DNA of 64,000 nucleotides from Candidatus Cloacimonadales bacterium (GCA_963674825.1 OY771587.1:1056001-1120000), one strand, 5' to 3'; positions 19,242 through 29,282 are shown, numbered from the stretch's first letter. Numbers and translations are program-made. Notes: generated by a model from the letters alone, not told the origin.

Positions 19242-20121
19242 AATGCTGTTGAAGAAGGATCTGAAAGAGAAACGTGAGCTGATCAATATCACGCTGGATC
19301 GTTTTCTACCCCGCAAAGACGAATATCCCAAGGATATCCACAAAGCGATACGCCATACACTGTTCGCCGGCGGGAAGCGTCTGCGACCCTATCTGGCGAT
19401 CCACGCTTTTTTACTGTTCAACGACAACCTCAACCTCATCAGGCCCATCGGCGCCGCGATCGAGATGCTGCACACCTACACGCTGATCCACGACGATCTG
19501 CCCGAGATCGATAACGATGATTACCGCCGCGGACGCAAGTCCTGCCACGTAATTTACGGCTCGGACATGGCGCTCCTGGCTGGCGACGCCCTTCTGGCAA
19601 GTGCTTTCGAAATCCTCTCCATGATGGAATTGTCCGATGACGTCAGCCTCCAAATGGTCCAGGAACTCGCTGAAGAAGCGGGAGACAAGGGCCTCATTGC
19701 CGGACAGGTAATGGACATCCTGATGGAAGGCAAAGACGTCACCGAAAAAGAACTGAAGTTCATCCACGACAATAAAACCGGCAGGCTGATCAAGCTCGCA
19801 ATCCGTTTTGGATGCTACGCCGGTGGAGCTGCTCCCGAAGATGTCGCACGCATGGAAAAATTCGGTGACAAACTCGGTCTGGCATTCCAGATCGTTGATG
19901 ATATCCTGGATATCGAAGGAAGCGCTGCCAAGCTCGGAAAATCCATAGGCAAAGACAAAAAAGTCAAAAAAGCAACCTTCCCGGCAGTTTACGGACTTGA
20001 AAAATCACGCGAAATCGCGGAAAAATTGATCAACGAATCGATCGAGCTGCTCGAGCCTTACGGCCCGAAAGCCGATATGCTTCGTATGCTGGCGGACTTC
20101 ATCCTCACACGGGACTTCTAA
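19234..20121 (+). CDS. ispA: Polyprenyl (farnesyl/geranylgeranyl) diphosphate synthase
   Basis: [39 protein letters not shown]. Start is GTG 19234 or ATG 19243. Confidence 0.95.
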   Translation: MNKMLLKKDLKEKRELINITLDRFLPRKDEYPKDIHKAIRHTLFAGGKRLRPYLAIHAFLLFNDNLNLIRPIGAAIEMLHTYTLIHDDLPEIDNDDYRRGRKSCHVIYGSDMALLAGDALLASAFEILSMMELSDDVSLQMVQELAEEAGDKGLIAGQVMDILMEGKDVTEKELKFIHDNKTGRLIKLAIRFGCYAGGAAPEDVARMEKFGDKLGLAFQIVDDILDIEGSAAKLGKSIGKDKKVKKATFPAVYGLEKSREIAEKLINESIELLEPYGPKADMLRMLADFILTRDF

Positions 20122-20558
20122 TGATTCAAATCGAACTGAAGCCTCTCAACGACAGAGCCAGAATTCCGCGCCGCATGACCCGGCACGCCGCCGGCTACGA
20201 TATCTATGCGTCCATTGAAAAAGACATTACGATCAACCCCGGTGAGGTGAAGCTCGTCCCCACCGGCATCGCCATCGGAATCCCGGAAGGTTATGAAGCA
20301 CAGATCAGGCCCCGTAGCGGCCTGGCTCTTAAGCACGGTGTCGGCGTCCTCAATTCCCCCGGCACTATCGATTCCGATTACCGCGGGGAGATCGGCGTGA
20401 TCCTGTTTAACTTCGGCACCGAACCTTTTGCTGTCAAACCCGATACGCGCATCGCTCAGATGATCATTTCACGCGCTGAAACGGTAGATTTCTTCATCGT
20501 TGACGAGCTCAGCGATACCGAGCGCGGCGCAGGCGGTTTCGGACACACAAATATCTGA
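20121..20558 (+). CDS. dut: dUTP diphosphatase
   Basis: [32 protein letters not shown]. Confidence 0.97.
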   Translation: MIQIELKPLNDRARIPRRMTRHAAGYDIYASIEKDITINPGEVKLVPTGIAIGIPEGYEAQIRPRSGLALKHGVGVLNSPGTIDSDYRGEIGVILFNFGTEPFAVKPDTRIAQMIISRAETVDFFIVDELSDTERGAGGFGHTNI

Positions 20559-20613
20559 AATCTCCAGGAGTTCCCATGAAAAACCGCCTATCAAGATCAC
20601 CAAGGAATAAACA

Positions 20614-21534
20614 ATGAACAATCTTTCCGCGAAGATAACCAAAGAAACCATACAACGACTGAAGAAAGAAAAGAACGCCGTCATCCTGGCGCATAATTAC
20701 CAGATCCTCGAAGTGCAGGATGTCGCCGATTTTACCGGCGATTCACTCGCACTGGCGCAGGAAGCTACCCGTGTCGAGGCTGACATCATCGTTTTTGCAG
20801 GCGTGCGCTTCATGGCCGAAACAGCCAAGCTGCTCAGCCCGAACGCAAAGGTGCTTCTGACCCACGAAGAAGCAGGATGCCCTATGGCTGATATGATCAC
20901 CGGAGAGCAGGTTGTGGAATTCAAGAAGCAGCACCCCGGTGCGATTACGCTCTGCTATGTCAATTCAACTGTCGAAGTCAAAGCCGAGTGCGACTATTGC
21001 GTCACTTCGTCCAATGCAGTCAAGATCGTGAATTCGCTCCCAAAAGACAAGCCCATCCTTTTCGTTCCAGATCAGAATCTGGGTACCTTCGCCGCCGACA
21101 ACACCGGACGCGAAGTGATCGTGTGGGACGGCTATTGCAACGTCCATCACCAGATGATTCGCCTGGATGATATCGAAAAAGCACGCAAGAAGTTCCCCGA
21201 TCACACCATCATCGTCCACCCCGAGTGCAAACCGGAAGTGTTCCGCGCGGCAGACGTCGTCACCAGCACCAAGGGAATGGAAGATTACGCCGCTGAGCAC
21301 GACAATCTGATTATCGGCACCGAGATCGGGCTTGTTCAGAAGCTGCAACAGATGTATCCCGAAAAGTCGATCATGCCGCTCTGCGAACGTGCTACATGCA
21401 TCAACATGAAGAAGACATCCCTGCGTGAAGTGCTCCTGACCCTGCTGGAAGAAAGCGGCGAGATCACAATCGAACCGGAGATCGCAAAACGAGCGCTGAA
21501 AAGCATCAACGCCATGCTGGAGCTGAGTCGCTGA
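20614..21534 (+). CDS. nadA: Quinolinate synthase A
   Basis: ILAHNYQ, GDSL, FMAETAK, GCPMA, YVNS, CNVH, HPEC, GTE, CINMK. Confidence 0.96.
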   Translation: MNNLSAKITKETIQRLKKEKNAVILAHNYQILEVQDVADFTGDSLALAQEATRVEADIIVFAGVRFMAETAKLLSPNAKVLLTHEEAGCPMADMITGEQVVEFKKQHPGAITLCYVNSTVEVKAECDYCVTSSNAVKIVNSLPKDKPILFVPDQNLGTFAADNTGREVIVWDGYCNVHHQMIRLDDIEKARKKFPDHTIIVHPECKPEVFRAADVVTSTKGMEDYAAEHDNLIIGTEIGLVQKLQQMYPEKSIMPLCERATCINMKKTSLREVLLTLLEESGEITIEPEIAKRALKSINAMLELSR

Positions 21535-22172
21535 CACTGGTCGAACTGCCGTTCAGAGGACTCTCTATTCATCAGGACCCGGGACAACCGGTATCGAGTG
21601 ACGCTGCGTTTCTGGTCGAGACCGTAGCCCTCGAGATTTCGGACAATCCAGCCATGCTTCTGGAGCTCGGAAGCGGCACCGGAATCGTCTCTATTATGCT
21701 CAAACTAACGTGCCCCAAGTTGATGATCACCGCACTGGAGATCCGTGAAAGTGCCTGTGAGTTGGCACGCGCCAATCTCGATCGTACAGGCACAGATATC
21801 AACTTACTTCACCAGGATTTACGCAATTTCACGGCAACCCGACCCTTTGATTTTATCGTCACCAATCCACCGTACATCCCGCATGGAAAGGGACGACTCA
21901 GCCCGGATGCAGAACGCAATATTGCCCGTCATGAACTTTCCTGCACAATGGAGGACATCCTGCGCTGTATCCAGCGAAATCTCGCAGCGGATGGTACGGC
22001 ATTCCTGCTTTATCCCGATGAGCGCATCGACGAGCTCGAAGAAAAGATGAAAAATGTTGACCTTCGTATGGTTCGCAGAATATCATCGCCGCAAAGCAGA
22101 AAAGGCACGACGATTGCAATATTGATACCCTCACCCCAATCCTCTCCCATTTCATGGGCGAGGGAGAAGTAA
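21531..22172 (+). CDS. SAM-dependent methyltransferase, tRNA1(Val) A37 N6-methylase (TrmN6/YfiC) family
   Basis: ELGSGTG, TNPPY, ARHE. The frame extends upstream of ATG 21654 to a CTG at 21531 that overlaps the nadA stop, with GGAG 8 nt upstream. Confidence 0.8.
   Translation: MTLVELPFRGLSIHQDPGQPVSSDAAFLVETVALEISDNPAMLLELGSGTGIVSIMLKLTCPKLMITALEIRESACELARANLDRTGTDINLLHQDLRNFTATRPFDFIVTNPPYIPHGKGRLSPDAERNIARHELSCTMEDILRCIQRNLAADGTAFLLYPDERIDELEEKMKNVDLRMVRRISSPQSRKGTTIAILIPSPQSSPISWAREK
22128..22166 (+). repeat. REP-like palindrome inside the 3' end of the methyltransferase CDS
   Basis: CCCTCACCCCAATCCTCTCCCATTTCATGGGCGAGGGAG resembles the reverse complement of 49338-49375 (CCCTCACCCCTGCCCTCTCCCACAAATGGGCGAGGGAG). 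Confidence 0.85.
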
Positions 22173-22188
22173 GGAAGACCGAAACGCT

Positions 22189-22812
22189 ATGCTGAAGATC
22201 AACGACCTAAAGGTATTCGCAAACGACACAGAGATCCTATCTGTGCCGGAGCTTCACATCCCGTCGCGGACATGCGGCCTTCTGGCCGGTGGCAACAGCG
22301 CGGGACGCAGCCTGTTAATGCGCGCAATTCACGGTGAATACAAGAAAGTCGATGGCAACATCCTGATTAAAGACGAATCGATCCACAGCCGTAAGGTCAA
22401 ACGCAAGACCATCCTGATCCAGCCAGAGATACACCTTTTGGAGAAGAAATCGGTACGTGAAAATCTTCGTATCCCATTGCTGAAACTCACGGCAAGGCAG
22501 AACGAACGCGTCAAACAACTCAGCGAAATGGTGGGGCTTGCGGATCGCCTCGATTCACCTGTCTGCCGTCTTGGTTACTCTGAAAAAATAATTATCGAAA
22601 TGATTCGCGCGGTGGTACAGTTACCGTTCGCTATCCTTATCGACGACATCGATATCTATTTCGACACCGAGCGCTACCAGAGCGTCATGAAAATGCTGCG
22701 CATCGCCTGCGACGGCGGCACTGCCATTTTAGCGACCGCAAAGTCAAGGCTTGACGGATTCGGCCGCTATTATCATATCGAGCAAGGAATTCTCAGGGAG
22801 GAAATGGCGTGA
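22189..22812 (+). CDS. Degenerate ABC ATP-binding protein (FtsE-like)
   Basis: ABC fold is recognisable, but Walker A reads GGNSAGRS, the signature reads LGYSE, Walker B reads ILIDD and there is no H-loop His. Confidence 0.7.
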   Translation: MLKINDLKVFANDTEILSVPELHIPSRTCGLLAGGNSAGRSLLMRAIHGEYKKVDGNILIKDESIHSRKVKRKTILIQPEIHLLEKKSVRENLRIPLLKLTARQNERVKQLSEMVGLADRLDSPVCRLGYSEKIIIEMIRAVVQLPFAILIDDIDIYFDTERYQSVMKMLRIACDGGTAILATAKSRLDGFGRYYHIEQGILREEMA

Positions 22813-23579
22813 AATTCTGGTGGCAGTTTCTAATCGTGATGATGATTATCTTTGGCTGGGACTGCTTGCGGTTGTTCCTGGAACAACGGGTGGATCGCAT
22901 CGGAAATCAGCTCTACGATACACCTGTCATGATGTTCTCCACCGAAGATGAGACGACGCAGCATGCAGACAGCTTGCTACGCCGAATCTCCTACGTAAAG
23001 CACCTCAATGTGATCACCGGAAGCGAATCGAGCGATACGCTGATCGCCAAGTACAACCTCCAGCAGGCGCGCGATATTCTGGACGACGTGGACCTTCCGG
23101 ATATTCTTCAGCTCAACCTCGAGCCGGACGACTATACTGAAGGAAGCATCCGAGAACTCACCACACATGCGGATTCGCTGGGGATCCCGCTCGAGTACGA
23201 CTATGAGCGCTGGCTATCTCTCCGTACCGCATACGACGACGCCATCGTCATCCGGGGAACCGTGGATATCGTGCTTGCATTCGTGCTATTTTTGGTAGTT
23301 GGGTCGCTGGGAACATGGTCAGAGACGCGTGAAAACCTCTTCTGGAAGGTTTACAGAAGAGCCGGCGGAGACGAAGGCAAACGGTTACGCAGCTTTATAC
23401 GAAAATACCTCACGCTGGTCTTTGTCCCTGTAATATTCAGCACGGTTTTCGTTGTACTTATGAGAAAATACGTAATGCAGTCCACCTGGCAGGAGATGGA
23501 TCTTTCCGGTCTGCAAGGGCTCGGGCTGCTGCTTGGAGCACTGGTGACGGCGATCTCCATTCGAAGCGAAGAGTCATGA
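22809..23579 (+). CDS. Membrane protein, divergent FtsX-like
   Basis: TM1, periplasmic domain (LPDILQL), then three more TMs; directly follows the FtsE-like gene; GTG start overlaps its stop. Confidence 0.55.
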   Translation: MKFWWQFLIVMMIIFGWDCLRLFLEQRVDRIGNQLYDTPVMMFSTEDETTQHADSLLRRISYVKHLNVITGSESSDTLIAKYNLQQARDILDDVDLPDILQLNLEPDDYTEGSIRELTTHADSLGIPLEYDYERWLSLRTAYDDAIVIRGTVDIVLAFVLFLVVGSLGTWSETRENLFWKVYRRAGGDEGKRLRSFIRKYLTLVFVPVIFSTVFVVLMRKYVMQSTWQEMDLSGLQGLGLLLGALVTAISIRSEES

Positions 23580-24154
23580 AAAAACATATTCCGAATCTTC
23601 TTACAACATTGCGCATGGCATGCGTACCGTTATTGATATGGTTCCTATTCTGGTACAGCCCCGCGGACAAAGGCTACCTCTGGGGCCTTATCGTTTTTGT
23701 CGGCGCTTCAATTACCGACTGGCTGGACGGCCTTCTGGCGCGCCAGTGGAATATTATCTCCAATTTCGGCAAAATCATGGATCCGCTGGCTGACAAGCTG
23801 GTGGTCATTACCGCAATCCTTGCTCTGTCGATAGGCCCTTGGAAGCTGATCGGGCTTTGGGTGGTGATCGTTGTTGTAGTGCGCGAAGTGGCTGTCACCA
23901 TGCGGCGCAACTACTATTCCCGCAAGAACATCTTCATCCCCGCCAACATCTGGGGAAAGCTCAAGACCGTCACGCAGATGATCGGCATCATCGCGGCGCT
24001 AGCGTTCTACGCGTTCAAACCGTACATCCCATTCTTGCAGAGCTTTCACAATCCTATTGAAATCGTATTGCGCATCTGTTTCTGGATCATCGCGCTTGTC
24101 ACCGTCCTTTCGGGCGCAACCTACTTCCTGCCACACAAGGAGAAGACCGCATGA
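23576..24154 (+). CDS. pgsA: CDP-diacylglycerol--glycerol-3-phosphate 3-phosphatidyltransferase
   Basis: IPNLLT..R, TDWLDGLLAR...SNFGKIMDPLADK, GKLKT..QM. Confidence 0.95.
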   Translation: MKKHIPNLLTTLRMACVPLLIWFLFWYSPADKGYLWGLIVFVGASITDWLDGLLARQWNIISNFGKIMDPLADKLVVITAILALSIGPWKLIGLWVVIVVVVREVAVTMRRNYYSRKNIFIPANIWGKLKTVTQMIGIIAALAFYAFKPYIPFLQSFHNPIEIVLRICFWIIALVTVLSGATYFLPHKEKTA

Positions 24155-25209
24155 GACGCACAATCATCGTTCTGATGCTTTTTGTTGCCGTTCTGTCAGG
24201 CTGTGGAAGAAGCCAAAAAAACAAGGACAACACAAAGCTCCGCACCGATAAACCACCGTCATGGGGGCACATCCAGACGATCTACATCTTCGCCGACGAT
24301 GCCGTCTGGAACAGTGTGGAGAAATATCTGCGTTACTCCCTCGAACGTGCAGAATTCACTACCGAAAACGAACCATGGTTCATGGTGGAACGCGTCAACA
24401 TCAACGACATGGAACGTTACTACCGCTTCGCGAACCTGCTCTTCATGGGGCATCTGCGTTCGGCGGACAAAGTATCCTCGTACCTGACGGAGAAACTCGG
24501 CGATTCCTACATTCAGCAAGTTAAAGATAGCGGCGGTGGATTATTCTCCCGCGAAGATCTCTGGTCAAACGACCAGATCGCTGTTTTCCTCATGACTGAA
24601 AGCGGCGAGGAGATGCCGCGCTTCAACTACGAAAAGGCAAACGATATTTTCTCACTCTTCCAAGACAAGCTGCACCAGCGAATGAAACGCCGTGCCTATC
24701 TGCCGGGAATCCATCCCAAGTCCGATTTCAACGGCCTCCCATGGTATGTTCAGCTTCCGAAAAACTACAACGCTTACCGCGAAGATAAAGAAAACCACGC
24801 CAACGCATGGCTGGCAAGGCTCGGAAAACAGCCGGATCGCTACTTCGGCGTCTATTATGAGAAGCTGAGCGAAAAGCCGAATCTGCGCACGTGGGGATTG
24901 GAAGCCCGTAAGAAGTATGCTTTCGACACCTACGACGAAGACGTCTTCGACCCAAAGGCTGCACGTACGCAATCGATCGAGATCGACGGACAGCAAGCGC
25001 TGAAGATCGCCGGCCCCTGGAAGAATGATAAATATTACGTCGGCGGCGCATTTCAGTGCTACGTTTTATACGATGATGCGACATCGACCGCTTTTCTTAT
25101 TGACAACTCGATCTATTATCCGGAAGGTTACAAATTGACAACGCTGATCGAACTTGAGGAGATCAGCAAAACGTTCCAAGTCAAACATCCTGGAGGAAGC
25201 CCGGAATGA
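24151..25209 (+). CDS. Lipoprotein, DUF4837-like
   Basis: Lipobox LSGC; EPWF, DLWSNDQ and GPW...GGAF motifs. Confidence 0.6.
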   Translation: MRRTIIVLMLFVAVLSGCGRSQKNKDNTKLRTDKPPSWGHIQTIYIFADDAVWNSVEKYLRYSLERAEFTTENEPWFMVERVNINDMERYYRFANLLFMGHLRSADKVSSYLTEKLGDSYIQQVKDSGGGLFSREDLWSNDQIAVFLMTESGEEMPRFNYEKANDIFSLFQDKLHQRMKRRAYLPGIHPKSDFNGLPWYVQLPKNYNAYREDKENHANAWLARLGKQPDRYFGVYYEKLSEKPNLRTWGLEARKKYAFDTYDEDVFDPKAARTQSIEIDGQQALKIAGPWKNDKYYVGGAFQCYVLYDDATSTAFLIDNSIYYPEGYKLTTLIELEEISKTFQVKHPGGSPE

Positions 25210-26003
25210 AAAAAGCTGGATTGATTTTGATTCTGGTCGCGCTGGTTGTGACCGGCTATGCGTATGAACTAAGGAAACTCGCCGATGCTCCGACTGCCGG
25301 CGTGTTGCAGCGCGGAGAGGCATCTGTTTTCACCAAGATCTATCGCCAGAGCGGAATGCTCGTCGGCGCGGAAGTAGGACTTTTTCCCGGATTCATGTTT
25401 GGCGTTAGTTACGGTGGCGAGAACATCGTAGGTAACGACGAACCCGTGTGGCACGAGCGTATTGAATTCATGGCAAAATATCGCCTGATTGATGAATCAG
25501 CGAAATGGCCGGCGGTCGCCATTGGTTACGATTCACGCGGACATGGTGTCTATCACAAGTACGATAAGCGCTACGACATCAAATCCAAGGGCTTTTACGC
25601 AGTTGCCAGCAAGAACTACCTGCTGCTTGGCAACCTCGGATTCCATGGTGGGATCAATTACTCGATGGAGAATGAGGATGACGACGACGACATCAACTTC
25701 TTTGTTGGAATCGATAAGGACATCACCAGCAAAGTAACCGTAGCCTGTGAATATGACCTTGCGCTCAACGACACCGAAGGCCGTAAGCTCGATCCGGAAG
25801 AAGACGTGATCGAAGAACAGCCCGAGGATGATGAAATCCCACGTCTGGAAAACTACAAGAAGGGCTATCTCAACGCCGCCATCAACATCCGGTTCACCGA
25901 TTATCTCATGCTGCGCGTCGAGGGTTACGACATCCTCGAAAACAGCAAGCTCACCAACGGATTCGATCGCGCGGTCATGATCATCTACAACATGACCTTC
26001 TAA
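25206..26003 (+). CDS. Outer-membrane beta-barrel protein (YjbH-like)
   Basis: Signal peptide, DAPTAGVL, KYRLIDE..WPAVAIG, FYAVASK, amphipathic strands, C-terminal Phe. Confidence 0.65.
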   Translation: MKKAGLILILVALVVTGYAYELRKLADAPTAGVLQRGEASVFTKIYRQSGMLVGAEVGLFPGFMFGVSYGGENIVGNDEPVWHERIEFMAKYRLIDESAKWPAVAIGYDSRGHGVYHKYDKRYDIKSKGFYAVASKNYLLLGNLGFHGGINYSMENEDDDDDINFFVGIDKDITSKVTVACEYDLALNDTEGRKLDPEEDVIEEQPEDDEIPRLENYKKGYLNAAINIRFTDYLMLRVEGYDILENSKLTNGFDRAVMIIYNMTF

Positions 26004-26015
26004 TCCAGCGCAGGC

Positions 26016-27929
26016 ATGAAACACTTTTTCACTGCATTTCTGCTGCTGATTCTGGTCGCGTGCGCAAGCACACCGGAGCCCATGAAGAAGGCACCGACGG
26101 AACCTGTATCTGATTCCGCAGCATTCGAGGCAATCCAACTCTACAACCTCGCGGAATTCGACTATCAGCAAAAGAACCTGGAAGCCGCACTCGACAAGCT
26201 CATGCAAGCGAAGCAATATGATCCACCCAGTGTTTCCATTCGTAATCGTATTGCGGAAATCCTGCTCGAACTTGCCCTTGAAGACGAGAGCTTTACCAAG
26301 CTTGCTATCGAGACCACAGAGAACGACTATCAGCAGGGATTTCGCAGCGTAGCGATCCTCTCCACGCTGGCAGACGCTTACTTTCTGAACGGACAGTCGG
26401 AAAAAGGGATCGGTATTTTCGAAGAGCTTATCGAGATCGACGCATCAGCAATCAACCTCTACAAATATTACCTGCTCAAGCTTCAGTACTTTAACGAGGA
26501 AGACCCAGACCTGCTGGAAGAAGCTCTCGAAAAATCGTGGGACAACGAGCGCATGGTGTTGATTCTTGCCAACCAGCTTAAAGCTATTCGTCCCGAAAGA
26601 GCTGATAAGACCTTCGCTAGAGCCTGGGAAAAGTTCCAGGACGAAGATGCCCTTGTCGAATTGATCAGCTACTATCGCGAGACCGGCAAATCAGACGAAC
26701 TACTAGAGCTACTCACTCAGCTTATGCACGAGAAACGTGATATCACTGGATGGATGCGAGAAGCTTTACTCAAAAACCTCTTCCTTATGGAACACCACCA
26801 GGAGATTATCGACAACCGCGACTGGTTCCTCGATTCAGACATTGATCTCACGGACACCTACATCATCCTATATTGGTCGGCGGATAAAACGGACAACGAC
26901 TCGCTAATGATCGACATGCTCGACAACATGCTCACATCGAGGACACTCACTCAACGCAACCGCGACCGTTATCTTACCCTGACCGGCTTCAAACTTGCCC
27001 GTCAAAGTGAGATCGAAACCGCAGCACAGTATCTAACGCAAGTAGAAGAACCATCACTCCTGAATCGGGAGCTGGAAGATTTCCACTCTGATTCGACGCT
27101 GGTCACGCTCAACCGCCTTGTGGACACCATGCAGCAGATCGCGCCCAACGATTCTCTCAACGCCTTCCTGCACGCGATGGTAGAGCTCAAGGCTCGAAAC
27201 ACGGATGCCGCGATATCTTGGCTTGATAACGTCGATGTTGACTACATTCTTCGCAACGGCCTCTCGTTTCAGGCAATGGAAGTATATGTCGCTGTCGATG
27301 ACACGCTCAGGGCCATGCAGGCGATCAAACGCGATTCAACGGTGCATTTCTACCCACGCCTGCTTATCGGAGTGGAGTATGCAGAGAACCGGAATTACCC
27401 GCGCACAATCAAGTACCTTCAACCGCTTATCGATGAAAAACCCAATACATCTCCACAAGCATATACAGCCCTCGCGATAGCCTATTGCGAAACCAACCAG
27501 TTGCAGAGAGCCATCGAGCTGATGCAGAGCGGCATCGCAATATTTCCCAAAAACATGTATCTAAAAAACGATCTCGCCTTTATCCTCGCGGACAACAACA
27601 CTGAACTCGAGCAAGCTCAGCAATACATGCAGGAAGTCCTGGAGAATCGTTCCGACCTCGGAGGTTACTGGGACACTGCAGCGTGGGTGGAATTTCGCCT
27701 CGATAATATGGATAAGGCTTTGGAATATATCGAAAAAGCGCTTGACATGGAGCCCGAGAATACGGCATTCTCTTATCACGCCGGTGAGATCTATCACAAG
27801 ATCGGCAACCACGAAAAAGCGAAACAATCGCTACGAAACGCGGTTTTATTTGACAACAACGACAATGACGCTGAAAAAGCACGTAAGGCATTGGAAGAAT
27901 TTTACCAGATAACTTTGGAGGAACAATAG
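26016..27929 (+). CDS. Tetratricopeptide-repeat lipoprotein
   Basis: Lipobox LVAC; C-terminal TPRs (NDLAFILAD, YWDTAAWV, YHAGEIY). Confidence 0.85.
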   Translation: MKHFFTAFLLLILVACASTPEPMKKAPTEPVSDSAAFEAIQLYNLAEFDYQQKNLEAALDKLMQAKQYDPPSVSIRNRIAEILLELALEDESFTKLAIETTENDYQQGFRSVAILSTLADAYFLNGQSEKGIGIFEELIEIDASAINLYKYYLLKLQYFNEEDPDLLEEALEKSWDNERMVLILANQLKAIRPERADKTFARAWEKFQDEDALVELISYYRETGKSDELLELLTQLMHEKRDITGWMREALLKNLFLMEHHQEIIDNRDWFLDSDIDLTDTYIILYWSADKTDNDSLMIDMLDNMLTSRTLTQRNRDRYLTLTGFKLARQSEIETAAQYLTQVEEPSLLNRELEDFHSDSTLVTLNRLVDTMQQIAPNDSLNAFLHAMVELKARNTDAAISWLDNVDVDYILRNGLSFQAMEVYVAVDDTLRAMQAIKRDSTVHFYPRLLIGVEYAENRNYPRTIKYLQPLIDEKPNTSPQAYTALAIAYCETNQLQRAIELMQSGIAIFPKNMYLKNDLAFILADNNTELEQAQQYMQEVLENRSDLGGYWDTAAWVEFRLDNMDKALEYIEKALDMEPENTAFSYHAGEIYHKIGNHEKAKQSLRNAVLFDNNDNDAEKARKALEEFYQITLEEQ

Positions 27930-28118
27930 ATGAAACGGTTTATTTTCGAGCGCAAAAACTGGATCATTCTGATCGTAGCCATCATCGCCACCATCGTCGG
28001 ATACTCCGTCATGGCCACCGGTGACACCACCATCTCCATCATCATCCTGATGGTCAGCTACCTCGTCCTCTTCCCCCTCGCCATCATGCTCGGATGGAAA
28101 AAGAGCGGACAGGAATAG
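27930..28118 (+). CDS. Small two-TM membrane protein (DUF3098-like)
   Basis: GGAGG RBS; F.RKNW start, two hydrophobic helices, GY..M. Confidence 0.7.
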   Translation: MKRFIFERKNWIILIVAIIATIVGYSVMATGDTTISIIILMVSYLVLFPLAIMLGWKKSGQE

Positions 28119-28141
28119 ACAGGACTACCCGAGACATCTTC

Positions 28142-28170
28142 AGCCCACGGCGCAAACCGTGGGTTTTCTT
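28142..28170 (+). terminator. Rho-independent terminator
   Basis: AGCCCACGG-cgcaaa-CCGTGGGTT followed by TTCTT. Confidence 0.85.
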
Positions 28171-28175
28171 ATATC

Positions 28176-28308
28176 TCCACACGATAGATTCGTTCGATCC
28201 GGCGCTGGAGGCGTGGTGTTGCACGGCATAAGATCCGTGTCCGGTAGTAATGAATGACGTGCTATATCCACGCCGGAGGCGGATCGGGCGAAGATGCGTG
28301 TGGATGCA
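28176..28308 (+). repeat. ~130-nt structured intergenic repeat, copy 1 (candidate ncRNA or MITE)
   Basis: Highly similar to 49140-49270; nested stems TCCACACG/CGTGTGGA, TTCGTTCGATCC/GGATCGGGCGAA, GGCGTGG/CCACGCC, GCAC.../...GTGC. Confidence 0.9.
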
Positions 28309-28445
28309 ATCGTCGAATAGCCACTTCAAGCGCTCTTCAGCACCAAAGAGGATGATTCACAATTATCTATAGCAATCCCACATAGCAAATCATTGACATA
28401 ATAACCCAAAATCTTTTCGTGGAGAAAACCCTGTAAGGACGGATT

Positions 28446-29282
28446 ATGACGTTTCAGGACATGATATTCGAGCTTCAGCGCTACTGGGCCGCATACGGAT
28501 GCAACATCCTTCAGCCCTACGATATGGAAATGGGGGCCGGCACCTTCCATCCGGCCACATTCTTCGGTGCGCTGGGTGAAAAGCACACCAAAGTTGCCTA
28601 CGCGCAACCCTGCCGCAGACCCAAAGACGGCCGCTACGGCGAGAACCCCAACCGCATGCAGCACTACTACCAGTTCCAGGTCATCATAAAGCCGACCCCG
28701 GACGACATCCAGAACCTCTACATCAAGAGCCTGGAAGCCATCGGAATCGATATTTCCAAACACGACATCCGCTTCGTGGAAGACGACTGGGAATCGCCCA
28801 CCCTCGGCGCGTGGGGACTCGGCTGGGAAGTATGGCTGGACGGCATGGAAATATCGCAGTTCACGTACTTCCAGCAAGTTGGTGGCATCGATGTATTCCC
28901 CGTCAGCGTAGAGCTGACCTACGGTCTCGAACGCATCGCGATGTACATCCAGAATGTCGATGACTTCAAAGACATTCAGTATAATGAGACCACCAAATAC
29001 GGCGAACTATTCTACCGTAAAGAGCAGGAATTCAGCGCGTTCAACTTCAAACACGCCGATGTCAAATGGCTCTTTGCCACCTTCAACGAACTGGAACGCC
29101 AGACCATAGAACTGGCCGAAGCCGGCATGGTTTATCCCGCGTACGACTACCTGCTCAAGAGCTCGCACACCTTCAATCTACTCGACGCCCGTGGCGTTAT
29201 TAGCGTTACCGAACGCGCCGCCTATATCGGCCGCATTCGCAGAATGGCGAAGATGTGCGCGGAGAAATTCCTGGAAGCATGA
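28446..29282 (+). CDS. glyQ: Glycine--tRNA ligase alpha subunit
   Basis: [59 protein letters not shown]. Confidence 0.98.
   Translation: MTFQDMIFELQRYWAAYGCNILQPYDMEMGAGTFHPATFFGALGEKHTKVAYAQPCRRPKDGRYGENPNRMQHYYQFQVIIKPTPDDIQNLYIKSLEAIGIDISKHDIRFVEDDWESPTLGAWGLGWEVWLDGMEISQFTYFQQVGGIDVFPVSVELTYGLERIAMYIQNVDDFKDIQYNETTKYGELFYRKEQEFSAFNFKHADVKWLFATFNELERQTIELAEAGMVYPAYDYLLKSSHTFNLLDARGVISVTERAAYIGRIRRMAKMCAEKFLEA

Noticed and set aside
28084..28329. Small minus-strand ORFs sharing RLRRGYSTSF...GHGSY (also 49086..49271)
   Set aside because: The similarity follows from the DNA repeat. Starts and ends differ, and the substitutions fit base pairing better than codon conservation.
28176..28445. 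T-box riboswitch upstream of glyQ
   Set aside because: There is no T-box consensus (GGTGGNACCGCG) or terminator before glyQ, a TTGACA lies between the hairpin and glyQ, and the second copy is not upstream of a synthetase.
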